From positions 1 through 54,796 of IMG/VR virus record IMGVR_UViG_3300044820_000106: DNA of 54,796 nt. One strand, 5' to 3'. Below are positions 8,727 to 17,948 of the stretch, piece by piece. Numbering within the stretch: position 1 is the first letter of the stretch; each line of letters opens with the position of its first letter. Under the pieces are notes generated by a model that had not been told where the DNA came from, searched no databases, and was given only the letters and a program-made list of their open reading frames with translations. The translations under genes were made by a program, and so were the position numbers. Source of the DNA: a virus. Lineage: Duplodnaviria > Caudoviricetes.

Positions 8727-9554
8727 ATGGCAACGAAGGGGCACTTCACCAAGCTCGATCACGGCATCACGGGCTCGACCCTGTGGAAGCGTCCGGACGA
8801 CGTGCTGCGAGTCTGGATTTTCATGCTCGCAAAGGCAGACATCAGGGACGGTGTCGTGAGGTATTCGATCCCGATGCTTGCGCACGACTGCTTCATGACG
8901 ATCGAGCGGGCAGTGGAGATCATCGCCGAGCTTTCATCGCCAGATACTTATTCAAGAACAAAGACTTACGAAGGAAGAAGGATCGCAGAGGTTGAGGGTG
9001 GTTGGCGCATCCTGAACTTCGAAAGCTACCGAGATGGGCTCGAAGAGCCGCTGTCGCCGGGCGCGGCCAGAACGCGTAAGTGGCGAGAAAAAAAGGCTGC
9101 TGCGCCGGAACCGAAAAAGCCTGTGACGTCACCAACGTCACCGTGTGACGAAGATGTAGATGTAGACGGAGACGTAGAGACGAAGCAAAAGCAAGAAAAA
9201 AAGCAACGCGCGCCTGCGCGCGCTCTTGAGTTGAGCCCGATCCCGTTCGACGTCTGGGTCGAGTGGAACGCGTACCGCGCCGCACGCGGCAAGGGCTGGA
9301 CCGAGCACGCCAAGTCGCTGTCCCTGAGCACCCTGAAGAAACTGCACGCCGAGGGTCACGACCCGCGTGCCGTCGTCAACCAATCGATCGAGCGCGGGTG
9401 GACCGGGCTCTTCGCAATCAAACCGGAGAATGGCAATGGTGGCCCACGTAAACTCAGCGTCGTCGAGCGCATCGAGAAAAACATCCGAGACCGTCGCGAG
9501 CGCGAAGACGCCGCGAGCACCTTCAACCTCGAGGCTCCCGGCGCAGATACTTGA
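8727..9554 (+). CDS. Replication initiator protein (lambda O-like architecture)
   Basis: N-terminal wHTH-like region, AARTRKWREKK, low-complexity linker, C-terminal VVNQSIERGWTGLF; lies after cro. Confidence 0.8.
   Translation: MATKGHFTKLDHGITGSTLWKRPDDVLRVWIFMLAKADIRDGVVRYSIPMLAHDCFMTIERAVEIIAELSSPDTYSRTKTYEGRRIAEVEGGWRILNFESYRDGLEEPLSPGAARTRKWREKKAAAPEPKKPVTSPTSPCDEDVDVDGDVETKQKQEKKQRAPARALELSPIPFDVWVEWNAYRAARGKGWTEHAKSLSLSTLKKLHAEGHDPRAVVNQSIERGWTGLFAIKPENGNGGPRKLSVVERIEKNIRDRREREDAASTFNLEAPGADT
9121..9208. repeat. Putative replication origin (iterons plus A-rich tract) inside initiator gene
   Basis: GTGACGTCAC, CGTCAC, GTGACG followed by purine/A-rich gaagcaaaagcaagaaaaaaagc. Confidence 0.55.
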
Positions 9555-10110
9555 CCGGATCTGGATGCGCATGGGCGCCCGCTACGGGCACGCGTGGGCA
9601 TCCCAGTACGGCGACAAGCCGGACAGCATCGCCGGGGCCGAGTGGGCCGAGACACTGCACGGGCTCACGCTCGACCAGCTCGCGACCGGGGTCACCGCGG
9701 ACGCCGCGCGCGGCGCGGAGTTCCCGCCCAGCTCGCCGAGCTTTCGCGCCATGTGCCTCGAGATCCCGAGCTACGCGCGGCTGCGTGCCGCGATCGGCAA
9801 GCCGTGCCCGTCACGGTTCGTGATGCTGGTCCGCATGAACCTCGACATGTACCGCTTCGCTCGCGCCGAGCAGTCCATGGCCGACCGCATGCTGCGCGAC
9901 GCGTACGAGGCCGCGCGCGAGCACGTGATGGCCGGCGGCGCACTGCCGGAGCCGCCCGTGGCCCAGCTGGCCGCGCCGACGCGCAAGCGCACCGACGAGG
10001 AGCGTGCGCGCGACGATGCCGCCGCCGCCGCGCACATCGCGACGCTCGCCGACTTGTTCGGATCCATGCAAAACGCCACCGCAGAAAAGCCGATCGCTGA
10101 AAATGCTTGA
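9436..10110 (+). CDS. Helicase loader (lambda P-like)
   Basis: IWMRMGARYGHAWASQYG, EWAETLHGL, FPPSSPSFRAMC; follows the initiator; start uncertain (GGAG RBS before ATG 9436). Confidence 0.75.
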   Translation: MVAHVNSASSSASRKTSETVASAKTPRAPSTSRLPAQILDRIWMRMGARYGHAWASQYGDKPDSIAGAEWAETLHGLTLDQLATGVTADAARGAEFPPSSPSFRAMCLEIPSYARLRAAIGKPCPSRFVMLVRMNLDMYRFARAEQSMADRMLRDAYEAAREHVMAGGALPEPPVAQLAAPTRKRTDEERARDDAAAAAHIATLADLFGSMQNATAEKPIAENA

Positions 10111-10135
10111 CAGGCTGCCGCATAGAACCTATACG
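10107..10135 (+). promoter_or_regulatory. Putative late promoter (PR'-like)
   Basis: TTGACA-17bp-TATACG ahead of a long leader and the lysis/structural genes. Confidence 0.6.
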
Positions 10136-10352
10136 GTCGGGTAACTTGCCCAAGGTGCCCACCAAAGGCGCAAGCCACGCGACGAGTCGGCTAGACTTCT
10201 CCCGTGCACCGACGACCTCCCCGGGACTCGGAAGCCCATGCGCGAGCATCGGCGCACGCTCAACGATGTTTTCTCCTCAAAGGTTGGTTACCTCCCGTCG
10301 CCGCTCGTCGCGGCCACCAAATTCCTAAAACCTCACACGAGAACCCGCCGCA

Positions 10353-10946
10353 ATGGATCTGAAAAACCTCAAGCACTGGATCGACACGATTTTCCATCAC
10401 CATGGCAACGGCACACTACCGCCCGCGCCGACGAACGCGCCGGTATCGATCAACCCGGCTCCGAGTGGCGGCGGCATGTGGACGCACGGCATGAGCCAGC
10501 CCGACGATCGCGGCGCGGTCATGCTGCAGGCGGTCGAAGCCAAGCGCGCGTCCGACCCGAAGTGGGCCGGCGTCACGAAGTGGTTTTTCATCAAGGACGC
10601 GGTCACGACGTTCTACACCGGCAAGGACGTGCCGCTCGACCTGAGCGCGAACCTCGAGGACGCGGCCCTGATGCTTTCCCCGGCGATCTCCGGCGGCGCG
10701 TATCACCTCGACGGGCGCGGCCTGTATAGCGCCTACGCCTACACCGCGGCCGAGCCCGGCAGCGGCGCGAAGTTCGTGCGCGGCGCCGAGATGACCGACG
10801 CGCAGGCGTTCCCGGGCGACAACGTCGTCAACGGCGTGGTGCTCAAGGCCGGTCCAGATATCTCGGTCATCGACGCGTTCATCGCGAACTGCGACGCGAC
10901 CGGCAACTTGCCGGTTGTCGCGCACTCGCAGGCGAACGTAGCCTAA
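10353..10946 (+). CDS. Hypothetical protein
   Basis: 197-aa ORF with strong GC3 bias. Confidence 0.7.
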   Translation: MDLKNLKHWIDTIFHHHGNGTLPPAPTNAPVSINPAPSGGGMWTHGMSQPDDRGAVMLQAVEAKRASDPKWAGVTKWFFIKDAVTTFYTGKDVPLDLSANLEDAALMLSPAISGGAYHLDGRGLYSAYAYTAAEPGSGAKFVRGAEMTDAQAFPGDNVVNGVVLKAGPDISVIDAFIANCDATGNLPVVAHSQANVA

Positions 10947-10949
10947 GCC

Positions 10950-11123
10950 GTGGGCCTCAAGCCGAACTATGACACCCGCCCCGGGTTTGTTCAGTGGGGC
11001 GGGGTCATTATCGCGCTGCTCACCCTCTTCAACACTGTCGTGATGCACGCTTACGATTCGACGCTCGCGACGCTGCGGTATGAGATCGAACGAGGTCAGC
11101 ATCCATGCTCGGAAAAGAAGTAA
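10950..11123 (+). CDS. Small single-TM protein (possible holin component)
   Basis: Below cutoff; MGLKPNYDTRPGFVQWGGVIIALLTLFNTVV...; fills the gap and abuts the next ATG. Confidence 0.55.
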   Translation: MGLKPNYDTRPGFVQWGGVIIALLTLFNTVVMHAYDSTLATLRYEIERGQHPCSEKK

Positions 11124-11504
11124 ATGCCACGGGACGCACTGGAGCTGGAACTTCAGCTCGACCGCCTGATCATGCAGGCGCGCGCGGACACGCAACTTCC
11201 GCCACTGGACAGATCACGAGTCGCGAAACTGATCGTCAATCACGGCCAGTTCCTCACGCTGGCGCCGGCTACACTGGCGTCGATCCGTGGTCAACGCGAC
11301 GTGATGCAGAGGCTCGTGAAGCTGGTCGACGACTTGCTCTATCTCTGCTATGTCGACCCTCATACGAGGTTGCAATGGCCAACGCTGCTGCAGCCGCCGA
11401 CGCCGGAGCCGGGCAGGCTGACACCAGCACAACGGGTGCGTAAAGCGCTCGACGAACTTCGAACATTCAGATCGCTTGTAAGCGACGATAAAACAATAAC
11501 TTAG
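11124..11504 (+). CDS. Hypothetical protein
   Basis: 126-aa ORF in operon. Confidence 0.55.
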   Translation: MPRDALELELQLDRLIMQARADTQLPPLDRSRVAKLIVNHGQFLTLAPATLASIRGQRDVMQRLVKLVDDLLYLCYVDPHTRLQWPTLLQPPTPEPGRLTPAQRVRKALDELRTFRSLVSDDKTIT

Positions 11505-11512
11505 GTGACGAC

Positions 11513-12223
11513 ATGCTGATCGGGAACAATCCCCTGAATCTTCGCCCGATGCTGGGCGGCAAAACGTGGGACGGCCAAGCTGCGGGCGATGCGGGCGTCG
11601 TCGAAATCGCGGGAATCGGCGCCTTCTGCAAGTTCAACACGGTTGTCAACGGCTTCCGCGCCGCGGCGAAAAACGTGTGGGCCTACAAGCGCGTCGGATG
11701 GGTCACCCCGGCCCAGATCATCACGCACTGGGCGCCGAGCACCGAGAACAACACCGCCGCGTACATCGCGCACGTCAAGGAACTGTCCGGTCTCGACATG
11801 GACGCGCCGCTGCCGCTGACGCCATCGGGCGCGCTCGCCTACGACGGCATGTACCCGCTGCTGTGGGCCATGGCGCAGCACGAGCAGGGCGTGAAGTTCG
11901 ATAAGCTGTTCAAGCCGGAGCAGCTGAATCAGGGCCTGCGCCTTGCCGGCGTCGGCGACGTGCCCACGACCGGCGTGCACGCGGTCATCGCGACCGTCGG
12001 TGGCGTGGCCAGCGGCGCCGCGGCGCTCGCGCCGGACATTCAGGGCGGGCTCAACGCGATCGGCGCGCCGGTCAACGCGATCCCCTCACCGACCCTGCAC
12101 ACGGTCTACAACGTGCTGCTGATCGTCGGCGGCGCCATCGCGGCGTACGGCACATACCGCAGGTTCCGCAGTGGCGGCAGCGCGAACACGACCACGGCAC
12201 CGATCCCGGCGTCCGGGGCGTGA
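11513..12223 (+). CDS. Putative endolysin (lysozyme-like fold) with C-terminal hydrophobic segments
   Basis: NNPLNLR, IITHWAPSTENNTAAYI, AMAQHE motifs; precedes spanins. Confidence 0.75.
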   Translation: MLIGNNPLNLRPMLGGKTWDGQAAGDAGVVEIAGIGAFCKFNTVVNGFRAAAKNVWAYKRVGWVTPAQIITHWAPSTENNTAAYIAHVKELSGLDMDAPLPLTPSGALAYDGMYPLLWAMAQHEQGVKFDKLFKPEQLNQGLRLAGVGDVPTTGVHAVIATVGGVASGAAALAPDIQGGLNAIGAPVNAIPSPTLHTVYNVLLIVGGAIAAYGTYRRFRSGGSANTTTAPIPASGA

Positions 12224-12226
12224 GTC

Positions 12227-12415
12227 GTGGCCACCACGATCGAGGAGATCGCGGGCGGCTCGCTGTGCGTGTCGGTCATCGGCCTGATCTGGGCGATCAT
12301 CCTGCACGCGCGCAACGACGCGGCGACCGCGCGCCGAGTTCGAAAACTGGAAAAGAGGTTCGCCCGACATGAGTATCGTCACGATAGCCGAGACCGCGAT
12401 CGAGAACGGCGCTAA
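12227..12415 (+). CDS. Small TM protein, holin candidate
   Basis: One TM segment and a highly charged C-terminus, inside lysis cassette. Confidence 0.5.
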   Translation: MATTIEEIAGGSLCVSVIGLIWAIILHARNDAATARRVRKLEKRFARHEYRHDSRDRDRERR

Positions 12416-12731
12416 GCTGGTCTGGAAGGTCACGCCCGGCAAGATCTGGATCATCCTCGGGCTCGCCATCGCGCTCGTCGGCGCGTACCTTGCGTGGGAC
12501 GAGCACGTGTTCAACCGCGGCTACAACAAGCGCGCGGCCGAGGACAAGGCCTACAACGACGCCGTGGCGCTGAAGCTCAAGGCGCTGCAGGATCCCAAGC
12601 ACAACCCGCTGCTGGCCAAGCGCAGCGAAATCGAGGACGAGATCAATGCACCGCCGCCGCCGCTTACCGTGGACCCTCTGGATCCCTGCACTCCTGTTGA
12701 CCTTGCCCGGTTGCGCGCCGCAAAACCTTAG
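12369..12731 (+). CDS. i-spanin (Rz-like)
   Basis: N-terminal TM, helical region, C-terminal Cys; overlaps a lipoprotein ORF. Confidence 0.7.
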   Translation: MSIVTIAETAIENGAKLVWKVTPGKIWIILGLAIALVGAYLAWDEHVFNRGYNKRAAEDKAYNDAVALKLKALQDPKHNPLLAKRSEIEDEINAPPPPLTVDPLDPCTPVDLARLRAAKP

Positions 12732-12951
12732 GTCGGAACCGGGCACCTGCAGCGCGGCCTGCTTCGAGCCGTGCAAGCCGCTCGTGCAGTGGAACGGGCG
12801 ACGCGACGTGCCGTACGATATCGACCTCCTCGGCGACGGTCAGGACGTGCACAAAGGCCGTCACAATCTGGGCCTTGACGAGTGCGACAACGCGCGCGCA
12901 TTATGCGCCCAGTGCCTGCGCACTATCGGTGTTCAACCGGAGAAACCGTGA
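12646..12951 (+). CDS. o-spanin lipoprotein (Rz1-like)
   Basis: MHRRRR-hydrophobic-LPGC lipobox; Cys/Pro-rich; overlaps Rz in another frame. Confidence 0.75.
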   Translation: MHRRRRLPWTLWIPALLLTLPGCAPQNLRSEPGTCSAACFEPCKPLVQWNGRRDVPYDIDLLGDGQDVHKGRHNLGLDECDNARALCAQCLRTIGVQPEKP

Positions 12952-13391
12952 TTGTGATCCACGTGGAACCTTCGCACGAACGAGAACGGCTGCTCGCTTA
13001 CCTGCGAGATCGCGGCTGGCTGCCGACTAGCGACGAACGTCTGCACGACATCGAGCGCAAGCTCAACCACCTCACCCAAATTCTTCTGGAGAAAATCATG
13101 CCTCTCATTGATGACATCAAGGCCGCACAGGACGACGTCGACGCCAAGCTCGATCTCGTCGGCCAAGCCGTCACGGCCGACGCCGCCGAGCTGGTCAAGC
13201 TCGCCACCGCGGTCGCCGCGATCAGCACCAGCACCGTGACCGATGCCCAGCTGACCGACATCAAGACCCGCACGCAGGCCGCCGCGCAGCGCCTGCAGGC
13301 CATCGCCGACGCGATCAACACCGCCGACGCCACGGCCGACGCCGCGGCGTTCCCGGGCGCGACCGGTGCCACGGCGGCGGCTGGCGCGTGA
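12948..13391 (+). CDS. Hypothetical coiled-coil protein
   Basis: GTGA-coupled; possible internal start MPLIDDIK with GGAG RBS. Confidence 0.65.
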   Translation: MIVIHVEPSHERERLLAYLRDRGWLPTSDERLHDIERKLNHLTQILLEKIMPLIDDIKAAQDDVDAKLDLVGQAVTADAAELVKLATAVAAISTSTVTDAQLTDIKTRTQAAAQRLQAIADAINTADATADAAAFPGATGATAAAGA

Positions 13392-13861
13392 AGCGGCGCG
13401 GCTTCCTCGGTATCGCGGCCACGGCCACGACGGCCGCGGTCGCCGTGTCTGTCTTGCCGTGCACCTCCGACGCCGCGTTGCCGGCGTCGGAGCCACCTAC
13501 GCCTTGCCATGAAGGCCTCGCGTTCCCGCCGCAGCTTACGATCTACCTGCGCGGGACCGGCGTGTTCGATCCACGCGGCGGCCGCGGCTACCCGGTGACG
13601 CTCGACCTACACCGCGATCTCGTTTACCGCGGCAACGTCAAGGACGTCATGTACGTCGAGGAATTCTACGACCACGGTATGGACGGCAGCCAAGCGCTGA
13701 CCGGCAGTGAAATGGTGTTGCGCAGCCGCCCGGGTGACGGGAGTTGCAGTGAGATCATGTCCATCGTCAACGGCCGCGAGCTGATCAAAAAGCTCGACCG
13801 CCCCAAATATCTCATGCCGGGCGACACGCTCGCGATCGAGTACAAGGCAGGCCTGCAGTGA
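13388..13861 (+). CDS. Hypothetical protein with twin-arginine signal-like N-terminus
   Basis: MKRRGFLGIAATATTAAVAVSVLP. Confidence 0.65.
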   Translation: MKRRGFLGIAATATTAAVAVSVLPCTSDAALPASEPPTPCHEGLAFPPQLTIYLRGTGVFDPRGGRGYPVTLDLHRDLVYRGNVKDVMYVEEFYDHGMDGSQALTGSEMVLRSRPGDGSCSEIMSIVNGRELIKKLDRPKYLMPGDTLAIEYKAGLQ

Positions 13862-14205
13862 GCGAAGAATTGGATCGTAGCTCAGAGGTAGAGCAGCGCC
13901 CTGTTAAGGCGCCCGTCGTAGGTTCGACCCCTACCGATCCAGCCACCTTCGTGGCCGAGGTCGCGCCGCCGCGCTCGTACACCGACGTCATGCGCCTGCT
14001 GCGCGACCACAAGCGCGCGTCCGACCCGCTGAGGTACGGCCGCCCGTCGAAGATGCGTGTGGGCATCGCAGTCTGGACGCAGCTCAAGGCCGAGCCCGGC
14101 AGCTTCAGCTGGATCACGCCGAGCCTGCGCGAGCCGAACCGCGTGTTCTACGCCGGGCTCGAGGTGTTTCAGCATGCCGACCAAAACCATTTTTCGTTTG
14201 AATAA
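13858..14205 (+). CDS. Hypothetical protein (5' part overlaps the tRNA; true start may be downstream)
   Basis: GTGA-coupled ORF that stays open through the tRNA. Confidence 0.5.
   Translation: MSEELDRSSEVEQRPVKAPVVGSTPTDPATFVAEVAPPRSYTDVMRLLRDHKRASDPLRYGRPSKMRVGIAVWTQLKAEPGSFSWITPSLREPNRVFYAGLEVFQHADQNHFSFE
13871..13945 (+). tRNA. trnN: tRNA-Asn (GTT) with encoded CCA
   Basis: Acceptor TGGATCG/CGATCCA, D arm GCTC/GAGC, anticodon stem GCGCC/GGCGC with loop CTGTTAA, T arm GTAGG-TTCGACC-CCTAC, discriminator G, CCA. Confidence 0.9.
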
Positions 14206-14225
14206 CCTGTGCAGAAGGTGTTGAT

Positions 14226-14414
14226 ATGCCACTGCAAAAGGGCAAGAGCAAGACCGTAATCCAAGCGAACATCCGTGAGATGTTGCGCGCCTACGCGACG
14301 ACCGGGCAGATCGGCAACACCTCGCCGACGAGCATGAAAAAGGCGAAAGCCATCGCGGTCGCTGCGGCCTACCACAACGCAGGAAAGACGACCCGTGCGC
14401 GATCCTCGAAATAA
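14226..14414 (+). CDS. Small basic phage protein
   Basis: MPLQKGKSKTVIQANIRE...KAIAVAAAY; AAGGTG RBS. Confidence 0.75.
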   Translation: MPLQKGKSKTVIQANIREMLRAYATTGQIGNTSPTSMKKAKAIAVAAAYHNAGKTTRARSSK

Positions 14415-15141
14415 AGACTGGAACGACGTCCCGCTGCCGCCCGTGCCGGGCTTCTACATCGTCGGCTGGGTAGGCGGCGGCGTGGGCGTCGTGCGCGTCA
14501 ATCACGACGGTCTCAGCGTCACGCACGGCATCCACGACGGCGGCAGGGCGTACGAGATCTGGCGTAATCCGCGCGAGCCGGGCGAACCTTACGGCGACCT
14601 TGACAGCAAGGCCATCGCAGAATTTGCCGCGTCGCTGCATGTTTTGCCGGTGCCAATGCCGATGAAAAAGCCGGGAATCGACCTGCAGGACAAGATCGAC
14701 GAGTACACCAAGCGCGTCGAGGAATTCGGCAAGCGCGTCGATGCGTTAGAGGCCAAGTTCGAGCAGCGCGAGGTCGAGGATTCGCTCGAGAGATTCAGGA
14801 AAATCGAAGCCTACGCGGCCGAAGCCTACGCGATAAACGCATCGGCGATATCGCTGACCGACTACAGCTTTCCAACAAAACCGAATCCGTACAGGCACGT
14901 CTGCGCGTGGCACGAAATGCCCGGCGGGGCAGAGCTGACGTGCCTGTGCGGCGCGATGATGCCGGCGCCACCGCGCAAGGCTAAAGCGCAAGAGGGCTGC
15001 GGCAAGCACAACTCGATCGTCGTATTTCAGCCACGCGTGTCGGTTTTCTTCGCCTACCCACCGCCGCGTTCGCGCGTGTGCCTGTGCTGCGGCAGCCGCG
15101 CAGACGGCGACGACGTCCTTTTACACGGAGCACGCTCATGA
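14395..15141 (+). CDS. Hypothetical protein (coiled coil plus Cys/His clusters)
   Basis: 248-aa ORF. Confidence 0.6.
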   Translation: MRDPRNKDWNDVPLPPVPGFYIVGWVGGGVGVVRVNHDGLSVTHGIHDGGRAYEIWRNPREPGEPYGDLDSKAIAEFAASLHVLPVPMPMKKPGIDLQDKIDEYTKRVEEFGKRVDALEAKFEQREVEDSLERFRKIEAYAAEAYAINASAISLTDYSFPTKPNPYRHVCAWHEMPGGAELTCLCGAMMPAPPRKAKAQEGCGKHNSIVVFQPRVSVFFAYPPPRSRVCLCCGSRADGDDVLLHGARS

Positions 15142-15380
15142 TTCCCAAGATCGGCGACATCGTTCACCTGCGCCTGCTCAACCCGTCGAACGGCACCGAG
15201 TTCGCGCCGGCCATCGTGACCCGCGTGTGGAGCAACATCGACACGCGCAACGGCCCGTCCTGCGTCAACGTCACCTCTTTCCCCGACAATGCCGCGGCGC
15301 AGCTGTTCACGAGCGTGCCGCTGTACGATCAATGGGAAGACGCGCCGGCCGGGCTGGCCGCGTGGTGGCCGAAGCCGTGA
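15138..15380 (+). CDS. Hypothetical phage protein
   Basis: GGAG RBS; MIPKIGDIVH...PAIVTRVW...WWP. Confidence 0.75.
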   Translation: MIPKIGDIVHLRLLNPSNGTEFAPAIVTRVWSNIDTRNGPSCVNVTSFPDNAAAQLFTSVPLYDQWEDAPAGLAAWWPKP

Positions 15381-15652
15381 ACACGTGGGTCACCATGCAG
15401 TTCGCGCGCAGTATCCCGCTGGGCGTCAACGACAGGCTGACCCTGAGCGGCGACCGCGCCTACGTTCATCGCCCGGGCGGCATCGACGAGATCGTGCGCT
15501 GCGTGCCCAGAACGGCCGAGGTAGAGCCGGCGCCAGCCAGCTTCACCTACCGCGTCGACGGACGCGTCATCGATGGCTCGCACTCTCCCCTGTGGGGCAC
15601 GGTCATCATGAAAGACGGCAGCGTCATCGAGTACGGGAGCTTCAAGCCGTGA
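15377..15652 (+). CDS. Hypothetical protein
   Basis: GTGA-coupled at both ends. Confidence 0.6.
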   Translation: MNTWVTMQFARSIPLGVNDRLTLSGDRAYVHRPGGIDEIVRCVPRTAEVEPAPASFTYRVDGRVIDGSHSPLWGTVIMKDGSVIEYGSFKP

Positions 15653-15903
15653 GCTTGGCCGAACAGATCGCGCACCACATCGACGAGCAGGCGTTCATCG
15701 CGCTCGGCCGTCCTGACCGCTGCCTGCGCTGCCGCAAGGTGCTCGAGGCCGGGCCCATGGGCGCGACCAAGGTCTGCTGCACCAGCGCAGGCTACCTGAG
15801 CGCGGTCAAACCGCTACCGAGCGACAACCTGATCGTCCCGCGCGAGACCAGCGTCGAAGGCAAGGCCTACCGCGTCTACCGCAACTACTTCCGTCACTTG
15901 TAA
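15649..15903 (+). CDS. Hypothetical protein (CxxC)
   Basis: GTGA-coupled. Confidence 0.55.
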   Translation: MSLAEQIAHHIDEQAFIALGRPDRCLRCRKVLEAGPMGATKVCCTSAGYLSAVKPLPSDNLIVPRETSVEGKAYRVYRNYFRHL

Positions 15904-15909
15904 CAGCCC

Positions 15910-16407
15910 ATGAGCGTCAAAGCGAAGACCAAAAAAGCAGGCCGACCCTCGGTGTTCAAACCCGAGTACGTCGAGCAGGCCGGCAAGCTCGCACACTTCG
16001 GCGCCACTGTGCGCGAGATCGGCGAATTCTTCGACGTCAACGAGGTGACCATCACTCGCTGGATGCAGCAGAACGAGGCATTTTGCACTGCCATAAAGGT
16101 CGGCCGTGAAGCCAGCGACGATCGCGTGGAACAGTCCCTGTACCGCCGGGCAGTCGGCTACACGCACAACGCGACGAAGATCATGCAGCACATGGGCGAG
16201 CCTGTGATCGTGCCGTACGTCGAGCACGTGCCGCCTGACGTGGCGGCCTGCATCTTCTGGCTGAAGAACCGCAGGCGCACCCAGTGGCGCGAGAAGGTCG
16301 AGGTCGAGCATTCGGCTGTGGGCGACCTTGCCGACGTGCTGCGGGCCGCGCGTCAACGCGTAACGCTGGGACGGGAACCGTTGCCGGCGATCGAACATCA
16401 ACCGTGA
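15910..16407 (+). CDS. terS: Terminase small subunit
   Basis: GRPSVFKPEY, HTH, RVEQSLYRRAVGY, PPDVAACIFWLKNR. Confidence 0.9.
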   Translation: MSVKAKTKKAGRPSVFKPEYVEQAGKLAHFGATVREIGEFFDVNEVTITRWMQQNEAFCTAIKVGREASDDRVEQSLYRRAVGYTHNATKIMQHMGEPVIVPYVEHVPPDVAACIFWLKNRRRTQWREKVEVEHSAVGDLADVLRAARQRVTLGREPLPAIEHQP

Positions 16408-16417
16408 GGAGATAGCC

Positions 16418-16792
16418 GTGACCACCGACACCGAGATCGAGCAAGAGATCCAAAACCGCGGACTGACCGCGCGACGCGTGACCGCGGACGACGTCGAAGC
16501 GAACGTCGCCAGCGAGCACTACTTCGGCGGCCTCGACACGATCGGGCCTGCCAAATTTGCACAGGACTGGGATTCGATGCGGTCGATGCAGGCGCTGGGT
16601 GTGCTGACGTTCTGCGTGCTCGTGCTGCGCAACGGCTTCACGGTAACCGGAGAGAGCGCGCCCGCGAGCCCGGAGAACTTCGACCCCGAACTGGGTCGCG
16701 CCATCGCCCGCGGCAAAGCGCTGGCCAAGGTCTGGACGCTGATGGGCTACGCGCTCAAGAACGAACTATCCGCCAAGGCGAATTCGAAATGA
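16418..16792 (+). CDS. Phage Gp49/66 family protein
   Basis: LTFCVLVLRNGFTVTGESAPASPENFDPELGRAIA...WTLMGYALK. Confidence 0.88.
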   Translation: MTTDTEIEQEIQNRGLTARRVTADDVEANVASEHYFGGLDTIGPAKFAQDWDSMRSMQALGVLTFCVLVLRNGFTVTGESAPASPENFDPELGRAIARGKALAKVWTLMGYALKNELSAKANSK

Positions 16793-17948
16793 GCCAACTG
16801 GCCCTGTACGTCGCTCAGAGCATGCTGGTGCAGCTGCTGATCATCGGCGTGGCATTCGGTGTGGCGCGCCTGCTGCGGCCGCGGTGAGCGATTTCGGCAC
16901 GATTCCCGAGGCGACCAAGATCGTCTGGTCGAATCAGCTGCGCGAGGCCATGCTGCGCAGCTACTTCTGTATGCCGGCCGGGCCGCCGCCGACTCGCGCT
17001 GAGCGCGCGCGGATGGCGGTACGCCGCGCAGTCTGGCGCGTGCGCGACGCGTGGCGCGTACTGATCGGCAAGGCCGAGGTGGACTGATGTGCTACGGCTG
17101 CTACGAAGAGTGCGGCAAGCCTGAGATCGTCAACCGCAAGCACGAATTACTGCAAGGGTGCGCGACGCACTACAGGCCGGTGATTCGCAACATGCTGGCG
17201 GGCCCGCTTTTTGGTTATTGCCGTGAGTGATCCGCGGCCCGACGTCATCAAGACGGTGCAGATCACGGCGCCACACATGTGCGCGGCGGTGACGGCGAAG
17301 AACGGCAAGATCGTGCAGGCTGCGCCGATCCTGCGCACGATGATCGGATGGGACGGCAGAATGCTCGCGAACTATTGCAAGAAGCGCGGCTGGTCGTGGC
17401 AAGTCGTGCCGTGAACACAATTTTCGCCGCGATCATGTTCGTCGCGATCGAAGCGCACGCGGTTGTCGTTGCCCTGTTCGGCTGGGAAGATCCGTGGCTC
17501 GAGACGTTCCGCAAGTGCAACGGTCGGCGGAATCGCGGCTCAGTATGAGCAGCCGCGGCCGCGACTATCACGGCCGACACTACGGCCGGCGCAAGTCGTG
17601 GCGCCAGTACGCAGGTGGCAAGGCAAGCCCGGCGTGGCAGGCTCGACGCGAGCGTCCGCGCTACTCTCTGATCGGCTGGATTCGAAAGGTGCTCGGGCTA
17701 TGAAAACTGGTATCGCGCAGCGCATGTTCACCGACGCCACGCTGCGCATGAGTCGGCTCTGCCTCCCGCGCATCCGCAAATACACCGGCTACGACCCGCG
17801 CTTCGCCGGCAAGTGGGTCTGCATCCCAAACTATTACGCAGTGCGCCGCACGGGCTGTGTCGGCCATGGCTGGATTGGCGATTCCCCGCGGGACGCGTAT
17901 GCTCAGGCCAGTTTGGCCTACGCCCCTGCGATTCCATGCCCGCTGTAG
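16789..17948 (+). other. Run of about seven small coupled hypothetical ORFs between terS and terL
   Basis: 16789-16887, 16884-17087, 17087-17230, 17223-17414, 17411-17548, 17545-17703, 17700-17948; nearly all overlap at start/stop codons. Confidence 0.6.

Noticed and set aside
10974-11005. CCCGCCCC/GGGGCGGG hairpin as a terminator
   Set aside because: No U-tract, and it lies within a plausible small CDS (10950-11123).
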